From: Gonapodya sp. JEL0774
Taxonomy: Eukaryota
Direction: 5' to 3'
Length of the DNA: 64,000 nt
Assembly: GCA_027604505.1 (NCBI GenBank)
Contig: JADIIX010000005.1
Coordinates: 124,001 to 188,000 of the forward strand
Part shown: one piece after another, positions 50,724 through 62,987 of the stretch
Layout of the letters: every line of letters begins with the position of its first letter
Position numbering within the stretch: the stretch's first letter is position 1
The notes under the pieces: generated by a model
What the model was told of the DNA's origin: nothing
Database searches by the model: none
Seen by the model: only the letters and a program-made list of their open reading frames with translations
Program-made: the position numbers and the translations under genes

Positions 50724-52378
50724 ATGATGGCTCAGCACTTCGACACGCCAATTAACCAAAAGCAGCAGCTCTTCCGATTTCTCAGGGATTTCGCGTCCTC
50801 ATACCCCCACGAGGACGGCCCAACCGCCCAGCTGTGGGCCAAAGTCGGCGACACCTTGGACACGCTCATCCACCTCACACGCGAGGACAACGTCATCAGT
50901 TTCCAATCATCACAGAGCATTCAGCAGTTTCTTGCTAGCGACGCACAGGCTGTGTCCGATGTTGGTCATTCGGGGAGATCCCCCACACCTCCTTCGGGAT
51001 CGCCAAAGCTCCATTTCAACGAAAAGGAACGCACCATCCCACTTTCCACTTTGCTAGCGAAGGTTGACGATACTGTGAGGGAGAAACCTGAGAGCGTGGA
51101 TGATTGGGATCGTTGGTGGGATGCCATCACTGCGCTCGAAACTTTCGAGCTCAGGCGTGAGAAGAGGACGAAAAGCCAACTGGGTTTGTTGCAAAGGAGC
51201 ACCAAAGATGCGAAGTCGAATGAACTTCCTGCTCGTTTCAAGCAAAGGGTTGCTGCGGTTTCTCGGTCACCGACGGTCGAGCTCAAACCTGATGACGACC
51301 ACGGCATTTACGTCCCCACGGGGTTCGTACCTAAGCGTTCGGCTAAAGCATCTGGAGACGGCGTTATTGTGATTGACAGTGATACGGAAAGCGAGGCAGA
51401 AAAAGTTCGAAAGCTGAACAGTGGTTTTGAAAAGATACATCCCGGCAAAGTTGGGAACACGGCGGCTGAGAATGCAGAGCTTAGCCAGGAAGGTGACCTA
51501 CTGCCTAATTTTAACGAAGAGTATGAAATACGTGTGGAAAGGATTTTTGAACTCTCGAGACAGGTCGAGATGAGGGCAGAACTGACCCTCTTTGAAATGA
51601 AGAGACAGGTTCGTCCGTACGCTCAGAGAGCTTCCACAAACGATGCTCATATTGTCGCCAATTTTTTTTACCAGTACGTCCTACATGTTATTGTTTCGAT
51701 CCCGGATTTCGCGACTCGACTTGCGGAGTTCAATGCACTGTTCCCGGTGGTACCCATGCAACCGGGTTCGTCAGTTGGCGCCTCCACACAATCAATGTCG
51801 GACGAATATCATTACTTCTTTCCGGAAAAGAATCCGCGAGATGAACTCAGAAATCTTATCATGGAGGACCCGGATCCACACGGACGGACAAAGTGCGTTT
51901 TCTTGTTTGCAAGGAAAACTCATTTTTACAGCGATCTTACGAGTTTAGTGACTGATTATAACTCTGAACATTCTAATTGTCAACTTATCCTTCTTGCAGT
52001 GACGATGTTCTCGTCCACCACCTCCGACATCCGTTCCGTCGATCCCGTGCGCTTCTCACCGCGTACATGCGTCAATTGGACCGTGTGAATCGTGAAATTG
52101 GCTACATGCGACGCCACATGGTGATGAGACGCTCCAGGTCTGAAAACAAACGCTCGACGTATGCAAATATCCTCGCCGCTGCAGAAGGGTCAGAGAGCAG
52201 TCCTGAAGAGTGGCTGAAAGGGCTTAAATACGGATACGACGAAGAAGGGTTTGGGGCATTTCCCAAATCTGGCCTGGGACGATATGGACTTTTCGAGGAG
52301 GGGTACGTAGAGAGAATTGTCAAGTGGTGCGAGTGGGAAAGAGAAGGCTGGGAGGAAGAATCGGGTGAATACTATTGA
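50724..52378 (+). CDS. Hypothetical helical protein (2 exons), divergent from vWA3
   Basis: 454-aa ORF joined by a probable intron (~51893-51999, GTGCGT...TGCAG) to the 51977-52378 ORF. No family recognised. Confidence 0.6.
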
Positions 52379-52603
52379 ATGATAATAAACCATGGTACTT
52401 TGCCTCTTGGATTCATCTGGCATTAGCCGGCCACAGCATAGGTTGCAACACCAGCTGTGTAACCAGCCATTCCCCAAAGCAAGACCAGCACTCGCTACTG
52501 ACATCGCCTCACTCCAGTGATATCCCGTGATACAGCCCAGCTGCGATCTATTCCACTGAAAACCAACGTCCACATACCGTCGAGGACAAAGTAGCGAAAA
52601 CCC

Positions 52604-53700
52604 ATGGATGTTTACAACTCAACTGCACACCCTCCCATTCCCGAGCGAACTTCCTCCGTTGCAACCGATCCCATCTACAGGTCGCAACCACCCGCGGGTC
52701 ATCTGAATCGACGGACACAAGTGGAAGACCAACCACCACAACTTCCTCCTCTTCAAACTGGTGCTCCCACCACAGCACCGGCTCCTGCTCTCACACCTGA
52801 AGCGCGGCAGGTAATCGAGGCCAAGCGTCGCATTCTCGAACTTGAAGAACAGTGCCGCACGGCGGATTTCGAGTGCAGGTCGCTGTGGACACAGTTGGAG
52901 TCCTTGGGCTACGAGTACTCACGACAGAAACAACTCGAACAGTCGTTGAGGCAACTCGAGGTAGAGACAGAGTCGGCTATGCTCCGGCTGCAAAGGCACG
53001 CCGGGGAATTGTCGAATGGACGGTGGAGCTCCTTCGACGTTCGCATGAACCTTCCGTACGACGTCGTATCTTCCGGCAACCCTGCAGACATGTCGAAGAC
53101 CGTCGATTCCATGCTCGGAGCATTCGCACAAGCATATGCTGCCCATATGGCTGCCGAGCAAAATCTGACAATTCTAAAACTTCGGTTTGTACAAACTCCC
53201 CCATCATTGCTGTTTTCGCGGGGATCTCTCTGACATCAACTTCTCCAATGTGTCTCCGCTCCACTCCACCTCTCAGGATCATGTCACAACAGCAATGGAT
53301 CCGAGATGCCCGAGCACTGCTCGTGACCACAGATGCAGGCACGGAGCGTGACGCAGATGCGGTCCCCACTGTGTCCTCTGAGCGCGAGGACCTGCAACTG
53401 CAGATCACCAGCATGGAAACGTACCGAGATGGGAAGCAGCAACAGCAGCAGGAGGAAGAGGCGGGGTTGGTCGCGAGCATTCAGGACCATAACGCTGTTC
53501 TGAACGATATGCCCATGCTGCTGGAACTTCTCCAAGCTGAGCTGGATAAGGCACAGGCAGGACAGGCCATGGCTGATTTGTTGGTCGCACAGCATAAAAT
53601 GGAAGCGGACACTACAGAAGCTGGGTTACTGGCACAGATTGCGGAGCTGAAGGAGGCGACGATCGCAATCAAGGAGGGATTGAGAATGTTAGAAGCATAG
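52604..53700 (+). CDS. Coiled-coil protein with Pro-rich N-terminus (2 exons)
   Basis: ORFs 52604-53233 and 52852-53700 joined by a probable intron ~53186-53276; heptad-rich. Confidence 0.65.
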
Positions 53701-53798
53701 ATTCATTTTGATGGGTTCACATCATGTAATCTCACTTCCTGCGCCATTTGTACAATTGTAAGGGAAGCATAGTATTATGGAACATCCCAGTCTAAGCT

Positions 53799-55162
53799 CT
53801 ACAACTTGGCTCCTGCAGATATCGCAAACATCAGGGTTACGGAAATTGTTCCCATTCATCCCATACTTCAAAAGACACACGTACCTGCTACAACGCCAAT
53901 CTTCAACTTGGCGTACTCCTTGAGCACTTTCTCGGCGTTGTGGAAGGCTTCAAACTCCTTTGACGCGTCGCGGCCAGAGACACGTTGCAGAATAGCCTTG
54001 CCGCCGGGGTGCTCGTCCACAAATTTGGACTAGAAAAGGCAAATCGCAAATCAATCAATTTGAGTAGTGCTCCAAGGTGGGAAGGATGGAAATGTGGTTA
54101 CGTACGACATCCTGAAAATATAGTGATGACGGGATGAGATGCTATAAACCAGCAACATCATTGCAAAAGTGAGCACTCACGTATACCCCTCCGTTAATGA
54201 TGACCCATGCGTCCTGCAATATGAAATGATAATTGTGTTAAAACCTTGCCAGGAGATACCAACTCCACTTTCTGCGCAAGCGGCAGATCTCAGTTCACAA
54301 CTTGACAAGGTCCCAACGGATCGACTCGGCCACTCAGACGATCCTCTTATGCAGACACCGAGGACTGGTTTTCCTTTCCTACTCACGCCGCTCTTGTTGT
54401 GTTTCGCAACGTCTGCTTTGGTGTACGACTTTGGCCCAGCCGCCGCCGCCTCGCCAACGTCACCAATGTACAGTTTTCCTGCGTACTCGTGGAGGACCTT
54501 CTCCGCGTTGTGGAACGCATCAAACTCCTTGCTGACGTCACGGCCAGCAACTCGGAGGAGGATGGCCTTCCCTCCGGGGTGCTCATCGGCGAATTTGGTC
54601 TGAATCAAGCGCGAGGGAGGGGGGTCGGCTCGCAGGATCAGCGAAGTTCTTAACGGCATGACCGTGAAACAAAAGTTACTCACCACGTCCTGCATGTGCG
54701 ACGGTTACCGAGGGGGGGTGAAAAAAAAATATATGTCAAACTTCGGTGAAGTCCCAATCCATAGATCCCATCCCAAATCTCCCGGCGTCTCGGTCTGATA
54801 AATCGCCAGCCAAACTCATAGCAACACCTGAAGCAAAAGTATCTTCATCCTGGCGGAATCGGCAGCGGCCCCTCACATTCGGCCGATCCCATCTCGGAAC
54901 CATGTCATGTGATCCCGCTCACGGTGGGACGCAACACTCACATAGACCTTGCCCTGGATGATAACCCACGCGTCCTGCAGGGAAGGTAAACGAAAACCAA
55001 AATACCGATGAGTATCCAGGTGGTCGAGTGGTGGAACCAGCTCGGATTCCGAACTCTCGCTGTAGGCGCCGAGGGAGCTGCCATCGCAAGTGGCCGGGAC
55101 AGAGATGTGTCTCCTCTCACCTTGGCGGTGTTATGCTTGGCTACTTCTGCAACGGTGGGCAT
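53799..55162 (-). CDS. Tandem two-domain soluble cytochrome b5 with C-terminal PTS1 (-AKL)
   Basis: Two repeats of VAKHN..DAWVII.G.VY|DV|.KF.DEHPGG..IL....GRD.SKEF.AFH. Both heme His ligands are present in each repeat. The protein ends GAKL*. Confidence 0.9.
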
Positions 55163-55319
55163 TGCGGAGATATGTGTGAGGTAGTGAAGAAATTTGGGGA
55201 GAGGGTTTTCAGAAAATCATCATGCAATAACTGCATTTTTTCCAATCTTCCCAAGACCAAGAATGTATCATGATATATTCGCAGCAAATAATTCCGATAG
55301 CCTCGCAAATTCATCGGTC

Positions 55320-57616
55320 TATATCTCTAAACTTCCTCGAAAACATGGGAGCCGTCGCGGGCGCCACCCCACCTTTTCCTCTTCTTGATATCTTCGTCCG
55401 GGTTCTTGAATCGCTCCTCAAACCAAACGTTCCCACGCTCGTGGTAGCCTAGTTTCTCCCAAAACCTGGAACACAATCAATCATCATACCACCCGAGCTT
55501 TCGATAGCAATAAAGAATCCGCTCACCCATCCCGGTACTCTTTGACGAATTCGATTTTCTGAAGAAATTTCGCGGACTTCCACCCGTACAAGTGCGGTAT
55601 AATGATTCTTACCACGCCGTGTTCTTGTGGAATCGCCTGGACAAACAATCGATTCCAATGAGTGAATGCCTCAACTCTCCGTCCACTCTCGATGATCCAC
55701 AGTGGTGCTTACCTCCCCATCAAGCTCCCACACCAGATGCACCTCCTCCTGCTCCAGATCCTCTCTCGGTGCTCCCGTTACGTAACCATCCTTTCCCGTT
55801 TGTATCAACCATTCCCAATCACTCTATTCCCAGAGAGGAGGTACGCCGGTGGTTGGGCGGAGGGTAGGGGGGTTGAAGGGTTGAGAGTAAGGTGAGCATC
55901 TGATAATGGCACTGCGAGGCTCATTCGAAAATGCAATCCTGGACCCTGGCCGCTCCTGGACTACAGTCCGAAGAGATTGCGAGTCAAAACTCACTGGTAC
56001 AATGCCCCGAGAGGTGAGATGGCTCACGAGCTTCGAGAAAGGTAGCGCTGCAGAAAAGTAAATGTCAGGCGTCATACGTTGATTGTTATGGCACCATTTG
56101 CGCACCACAACTCATTCACCTTTCGTCCACCGCAGACTCAGTGCGCTCCAAGTCGTCACACAGTGAAAATCCGCTTCAAACTCGGTCACCCCAAGTGACT
56201 CGAAATCCTTGATTCCCAGCGCAACTGTTCCCAACGACGACGCACAAACAAGTTCCCACGCATCAAGCGACAGTTCTGGCCTGTGGCCGAGATCGAGCAC
56301 CTGGAAAGACCGGGAATGGTGGTTTCCCGGCGGAATTCGTTCGTCCGTAGTTTGCTTCCGAGAGGTCTTGCCAGAGAGGTGGTTCTGAGTCAGGCGAGAG
56401 CCAGCATTGGAACAAAGGGCGATCGGTAAGTTGTTGTCTCTTTGTGATGGTGCGGGCTTCTCCTCCTACGTGCCAGGAAAGTTCCCGTGTGCCGAATCGT
56501 GAATCGCCTTGTCAGCTTACCTGGAGGAGACGCTCCTTCTTCCGGATCTCATTTTGGGCTTTTGCAGACGAAATGTCAATCATGGTTGTGCTTGCGTAAA
56601 TGGACATTGTGGTGTTGCAAGCGAGGTTTCAAAAATCGTAAGTCGAAGGTGCTGTCCCAAGATGAACCTAATTTGTAACTTATGACGTTATCATAGTGTG
56701 AAAACAAACTTGAGATCATCTATACTGCTTGTTCTGTTTGAGTACAAAAATTCTCTCCATTCACATAATTCCTTGCAAATACGTTTCAGCGTTGTCCTCC
56801 AGAGTCCCCTGTCTTCCGACGCACAAGGTCTGCACCTACACCAGCCAAGCCCGGAGTAAGTGGCTCGGTGGTGTCACTGTCATTGTCTCTTCCGGAAATA
56901 CCCGGTTGTTCCTGAGCACAATCCCCCTCCTGCAATGGGAGGTCTTCGTCCTTGTCCTTCTTCGCTTTACGTTGTCGATGAGGCGAGGCCGAGATAGAAG
57001 TAAAAAACGGCACAAGAGCAGCACTCATGGCGAGAATGGAGGACACTGCGGCTACTATGGGGGAGAGTTGAATTTGTGCAGCCGACGCAGCTCGCCTCCT
57101 GATTCCCTCTGGAGGGTATGCCAATGCGATTTTCTTTTGATTCTTTTCATATCCAATCTTCTGGGGTAACTCGCGCTCTGGACGTGATCCATATATGTTA
57201 TATATGGGGTCGTTGAAGTTCATATTCTGAGGTGACAGGGAGGACGGGTCTGGGCGCACACCCCTGGGGACATCGGGAGGTGGTGGAATCCCGGTGAAAA
57301 TCGAGGCATAGTCCGACCTGGCGCTGTTGTTTAGAAGCTGCGGGGAGAGAGGGTGCATCGTGTGCCGAGAGCCTTGTAGAGATGGGATGCTCCACGGGTC
57401 GGTTGTCTGATTACCATCGTTGGTCGGGGTTGCCGGGGCAGAATGGGTGATGTAGGGTGTTTGCGAGACAGATAGTCTGTGGGACTTTGGCGATGAAGGG
57501 AGCTTTGGAAGAAGGTTGAGCTCGAGGTCCTCCGGTACAGATGCGCGCGAGTTCTTTCGGGACGATGGGCGCATCAGGGGAGCCTGACCATCAACTTGCA
57601 TCGCGCCAAGATTCAA
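55320..57616 (-). CDS. Hypothetical multi-exon protein (disordered N-terminus, one hydrophobic segment); ends uncertain
   Basis: 276-aa ORF 56786-57616 plus downstream exon-like ORFs (56112-56300, 55824-56108) with plausible splice signals. Confidence 0.4.
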
Positions 57617-57782
57617 TTCGATTCAGAGCGAAAGATCCAACTATTGAAGGCGACTGGGAATGTCTTGTGTACGCGGTGGCGAGAAGATGAGCGATTGCGA
57701 GGCGACCCTCCCCAAAGCTGGCAGTCGGCCCACAGGCTTGCATTATTATTTTGTTCAACCCGATACCGAAACATTTTCAAAA

Positions 57783-58586
57783 ATGAACCCCGAAACAGAG
57801 GCAGAGACGACGCCATTAGTTAATCATATCATCATTGCCGTGCAAGCGGACGCCGGAATTGCGTCAGAGGTCATGCTGGAAGCCGGGGATAGCTCGGCCA
57901 TGACGACTCCTGGCCCGGAACCCTCGGGAAGCTCCTCCCAGATTGAAACTCCAGAGATAGAGACTGCCAAGGATGAACCACCGGTGAAGAAAAGGAAGAT
58001 CGGAGAGCAGGAAGCGGAGGTCAGTTTCCACCGCAAGTCTTGGCTTACTTCTTCACGCACCCAACTCCCTCTTTCACCACTAAAACCTACTCAGGGTACA
58101 CTCACCGCCGCTGACGATGCCGCCGCAAACGGTCTCGCTCCAGAAGCCTCTGTCGCCATTCCCCGCTGTGCAGTCAATGTGTCGAGCAACCCTTTGTCCT
58201 CATCTCCGGCAGCTTCCTCTCCTGAAAACACTGCGAAATCTAATGCCCCTAATCCAAACACTGCCACTCCTCCCCGTAGGGGAGGCAAAGGTGCACGCGG
58301 AAAACGGGCCCCTCGAACACCCACAACACCAAGTCGCACTTCTGCGCGTGTCGAAAATCAAAAGACAGGAACCACATTACCTGACCTGGCGGACCCGACT
58401 ATCAAAGTCGGTCGAGAGGCTGGTGCCTTTATTGGGCAGTTCCTCGCGGCGGAGCAAGAGGAGAAACTCGTCAAGGGACTCGTGGAAGTTAGGAAACAAT
58501 TCGAGAAAGCCGCAAAAGAGGCGAGAGAGGCCACATATCTGGATGAAGATAGTGGGAATGGAGGGGAGGGTGCTACTGGCGCGTGA
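57783..58586 (+). CDS. Hypothetical, probably nuclear protein
   Basis: Open frame with NLS-like PPVKKRKI, a basic S/T-P linker and a C-terminal helix; probable intron ~58019-58095. Confidence 0.5.
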   Translation: MNPETEAETTPLVNHIIIAVQADAGIASEVMLEAGDSSAMTTPGPEPSGSSSQIETPEIETAKDEPPVKKRKIGEQEAEVSFHRKSWLTSSRTQLPLSPLKPTQGTLTAADDAAANGLAPEASVAIPRCAVNVSSNPLSSSPAASSPENTAKSNAPNPNTATPPRRGGKGARGKRAPRTPTTPSRTSARVENQKTGTTLPDLADPTIKVGREAGAFIGQFLAAEQEEKLVKGLVEVRKQFEKAAKEAREATYLDEDSGNGGEGATGA

Positions 58587-58826
58587 TGCGCGAGAGTAAT
58601 CGCATTACAACAATCGATTTGGAAGAGAACAGTCAGGAATTTTGAAACGAAATTAGCGCAACCATCTAGCATTATTACGTCTTTGCAACAATTATCAGTT
58701 TGATCATTTTCATGATTTGTGGGGGAATGGGGAATTGAACTCCGCCACCCTCTGCCAAATCACAACAACAGCGCTGCGACACCATAACCCATTTGTATTC
58801 TTCTTCTAACCCGCCCGCACACCGCC

Positions 58827-59989
58827 ATGAGCTTCTTTGGCCTCGGAAAGAAAAAGGAGAAGCAGTCTGATGCTCCCCCTTCTCCTTACTCCTCCCGGTC
58901 GGACAACAGTCGCTCCTCTGGCTCTGTGTACGATTCACCCCCGCCGACCCGATCCCGCGGCGCGGCCCCTTCCGCTGACCTCGACTACCAGCGCCAGCAG
59001 TTGCTGGGTGGGTCCAGCCAGAACCGGGCCCCGGCGGGACGGTACGAGTACGAGGAAGGGGACACAGTCGAGTCATTGCAGCAGAAGACGCTGGGACTGC
59101 AGGGGGAGACCACTCAGGCGTCGGAGAGAAGCATGCAGAATATTTACAGAATTCAGGACATGGGGATGCAGGCGCTTACGACGCTAGAGAAGAATCAGCG
59201 TGAGTTTTCGTGCGGTGCGGTTCAGCACTGTGATCTCATGTTATTTTATCTGTTTTTGGGCATCCATCTTGGCTCACAGAGCAACTGGATCGAATGGAGG
59301 GTCGGTTGGGTGAAGGTATGTTTTCTGATGGGCAGGTGTTCCTGGGCAACGAGGCTGGAAAACTAATTCTGGCTTTTGTCCATCGGCTGATTTTGTGGAC
59401 AATTATAAGCTTTTGACCAATCGCACCGAGCTCAAATACACGTGAGCAACACAGTATCGGCGATAGATCTTCATGACTGCCACCAACTCTGTCCGTCTTT
59501 GCTGCCCACTCCACCTCCCCATCATAGACCCGCGACCTCGAAAAACTAAACCGCCCTTTCTACGTGCCTGCCGGAAAGATGGTCGGTGACACCATCGGGG
59601 ACAAGGCTTTCCGTGGCTCGAGCAAAAGCGGTTTCCTCGACGAATCAGCCGAAGCCAAGAAACGTGCGGCCGACGAGAAACGCCGCGCAAAACTGGCTGC
59701 TCTCTCTGGAGAAATCGACGACTCCCGTACTCGGTACGAGCCTACACGGCAAAGGCAGTACCAAGGCGATGGATCCTACGATTCTCGCAGGGGTTATGAA
59801 CAGGAGCAGCAGAGTGCGAACTTGGACGCGATCGCAGCAGCGTTGCCTGGAATTAAACAGATGGCGCTGGGGATTGGAGAGTCCATTGATTCACAGAACG
59901 AACAGTTGGGAAGGTTGTCGACGGCGGCTGCCACGACGAGTGGCAAAGTGCAAGCGAGTGGAAAGCGGTTGGATAAAATTCTCGGGTGA
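58827..59989 (+). CDS. SEC9: Sec9/SNAP-25-like Qbc SNARE
   Basis: Two SNARE motifs: ETTQASERSM...ALTTLEKNQ|EQLDRME and NLDAIAAALPGIKQMALGIGESIDSQNEQLGRL. No transmembrane anchor. Confidence 0.8.
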
Positions 59990-60270
59990 GTTGATGTGAT
60001 GGATACATGCCATCTGGCATGGTGCCTTCCATATTGATCGTCAATGTTGAATCCCGCTTCTACCCACTTCTCACCTTTGTGCCGCATTATCAGGAAATCG
60101 CAGCGGGAAGAAGCCGAGTCCGGTGATTCACTCAGTGGGTCCGCTGGCAAGTTCATGATGTCACAGGCGTTCAGATGAGCAGGGTCACAGATAGGCGCTG
60201 GGGGAGTACATGAGCCTGACGAAATAGGAATGAATGCTCGCGTGATAGTCATTGTCGACTTGCTTTGGTT

Positions 60271-60561
60271 TTACGGACGAAGCGTTTGAAGGGACCAGTG
60301 ATTTATAACTTTGAACACATATTGTCTATCACAGTATTGAAAAATTGTGGTCATTGATTGGATTTGTGAAGTTCCTTCATTCACGGCCGTCAATAAGCTG
60401 TTGATGGTAACCTCGCTCACATGCCTCTCCACAACCGTATTCGGCGGCACTCCCGAAATGGTATTATCACGACGTTTTGGAGACGTCGCACATAATTCGT
60501 CATATTCGTTGTAGGAATTTTCTTCAACTTTCGCCAATTGTTTACAACACAATTGAATCAT
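60271..60561 (-). pseudogene. Possible cullin N-terminal repeat fragment
   Basis: VVERHV..SLLTAVNE..QIQSMTTIFQYCDRQYV resembles the cullin repeat-1 motif (M.MIR.IF.YLDR.YV). No remainder of a cullin is visible. Confidence 0.35.
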
Positions 60562-60764
60562 TTGCCCAAAATCTGTCGAAGGCAGCGCCTAGATGTCCTA
60601 TCTACTCTAATTGGAGGATGCGGTGGCTACACCAGTTTGTCCACCACGTATGTGGAACTGACGCCGCAGCGAGCTATGCCCCCTTCCCACGGCTCTTGTA
60701 GAGCAGACGGGGTCCAGTGTGCAATCAAAGATCTCATCTTTACGAGGTCTGACGTTGCAGTGCT

Positions 60765-62089
60765 CTATGGCTTGCCGGCCCAGTAATTGTAGCTGTCCTG
60801 CGGGGACCGCTCCACCACTCCAAACTTTATTGATCCAATGTGACCTCTCTCGTCGTGTCCGGCATCGTAGGTTTGTCCGGCTTCACGACGGGCTTTCAGA
60901 TCTGCACGAAGCCAGGCGGTGACCACGAGAAGGAGGGGAGAGTTGGCGTTGAAAGAGAACTTGTGACCGTTGGTGGCGACGTGTTGGGACTCTTGGATGG
61001 CGGCGAGTTCGGGGAAGCCGCCGGGGGTGAGGGAGCGCAGGTGGGAGATGGCACCGCGGACCATGTGCGCCTGGAAGCACGATTGTGGAAGGGGAATTAG
61101 GGAGGAGTCAGAAAGCCGCTCCTTGTCTCGATCGACGATTCTACCCACGACGTGTGTCGGCCACTCTCCCAACCCATCGTAGATGTGCGTCGCATAGAGA
61201 ATAGACGCCTGGCGCTGTTCGGTCTCCTTCGTGAGCCACGCCAAGAGGTCCGAACGTACTACAGCATCCAAGTCCACAGTGACTTCATCGAGGAGGAGTA
61301 CGGACCAGGGATGGAGGAGACCAATAACAATCTGAACACGTCGGCGTTCACCATCGGAGACGGCATTCACTGGGAAAGGTGAGAGTAGTTTTTTGTTCAC
61401 CAACAAAACAGACAATAGTGCAGACAAATTCAGTCAATGAAACTCACTGTGCCAGGCCGGGTTGACGTCCATAACCTCAAGGAGTTCTTTCGCGCGCTCA
61501 GGGTGGTCTGCTACACCTGCCGACTTGAGCAACTGAGATACTTGTATATCTCCACGAACGATTGGGTTGGTTGCCCACTCGGTACCAAGGTAGGTTAAAC
61601 CCTGAATGGGTGGCGGGAAATGGCAGTTCGGATGAGGCAGCGAAGGAGATTGCACCAGGAAGCAGACGAAACGGACAGCATTAGAGTGATTAAGAGATTG
61701 TACTCTGATTCGAGTGGCAATGCTCGCTAGTTGTATCACCGCCAGCTCTTTTAAAGTCAACTCACCGGCACCGGTTCAAAGAACGCTCTCTTGCCCGATA
61801 CGCGACAGACTCCGTGCTTAACAAGTCTCTTTCCAGCCAGAAGTCTCAGCAAGGTGCTCTAGGACGAAGCATAGTGTGATGGTGAGATGAGCAAAGAGCA
61901 GATTGACGTTAAAGTGATCAACAAGAGCGCATGTGTTTGTGAGCCCACCTTTCCCGCTCCGTTCGCTCCTACAAGCAACGTTCTCGAACCTTGTGGAAGG
62001 ACCAAGTCCATGTCTTTGATGATGACATTGCCTCCAAGTTCGAATGTGAGCTTCTCGATTTCGATTGCGGGTGTGGATGAAGCCGTCAT
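60765..62089 (-). CDS. CAF16: CAF16-like soluble ABC ATPase
   Basis: [14 protein letters not shown] (Walker A), [17 protein letters not shown] (signature variant), [11 protein letters not shown] (Walker B), YATHIYDGL. Confidence 0.92.
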
Positions 62090-62987
62090 TTGCAGTTGAG
62101 GGGGGTGATTGCTGTGAAAGGTGGGATAAAGCAGAAGATTGCAAGTCTGAGAACGGAAGTTGTCGAGTGAAAATGGGTTTGCTTTTAAATCAACCAAGGG
62201 CTGTGACTGTGAATGTGAATCGGCCTGGCGGTTGGGGAACCTGTATCGGTGCCACCCTGCCACCCTTCATCGGAGATAAAAACCAACCAATCAGAACGAC
62301 TTTATCAGTATGTCTGTGGCGAGAATATTACAAAAACATCACGCCGAAAATTGTGATTGGATTGATTCAGAGCGGCAGTACTCGCCCAGATTACCTAAGA
62401 ACGACACGTTATGCAGCAACCGAGTCATTTAGTTACGCTGTTGCACGATGGGTGGGCCGCCGGGAGCCGACTGACGGGCAGAATCTCAGTGTGAGAGTCG
62501 GGATAAAGTCAGACAGTCTTCCGCGTCGGTAACTGCCGAACGGGCGGGTTCGTAGATTATTTTGACAGTTCCCCATATCATGGTGACACAGAAAGCTTCA
62601 AGTATCGTGGAGATGAATCATTATTTGGGAGTCTGGAAGGATGAATGCTGATGAATGTAACACAATAAGAGACAGTGGTGTCTTCGGTTCCGCATTTCCA
62701 TTCCCACAACTCTTCAAACAATGCAACTGTGGACACGCCAGGTTTCACTTCAACGCCGTTCCATTTCCCTATTCGATTCTTCTTCCTTGCTCCATTGATT
62801 CCTTCCGCCCCATTGATTCTCTCCGGCGGTTCGGTGATCTTCTCTAACCTTCCAGAACCGTCCGGTTTCGAAACACCACGGCATCACGCAAGCCATCTCG
62901 GTTACGCAAGCATCAGTCTTTATAAAGAAGCCCGAGTGCGATGTGTCTCCATCAACTCGTTTTCATCGAATCGAACGAAAGAAACAA

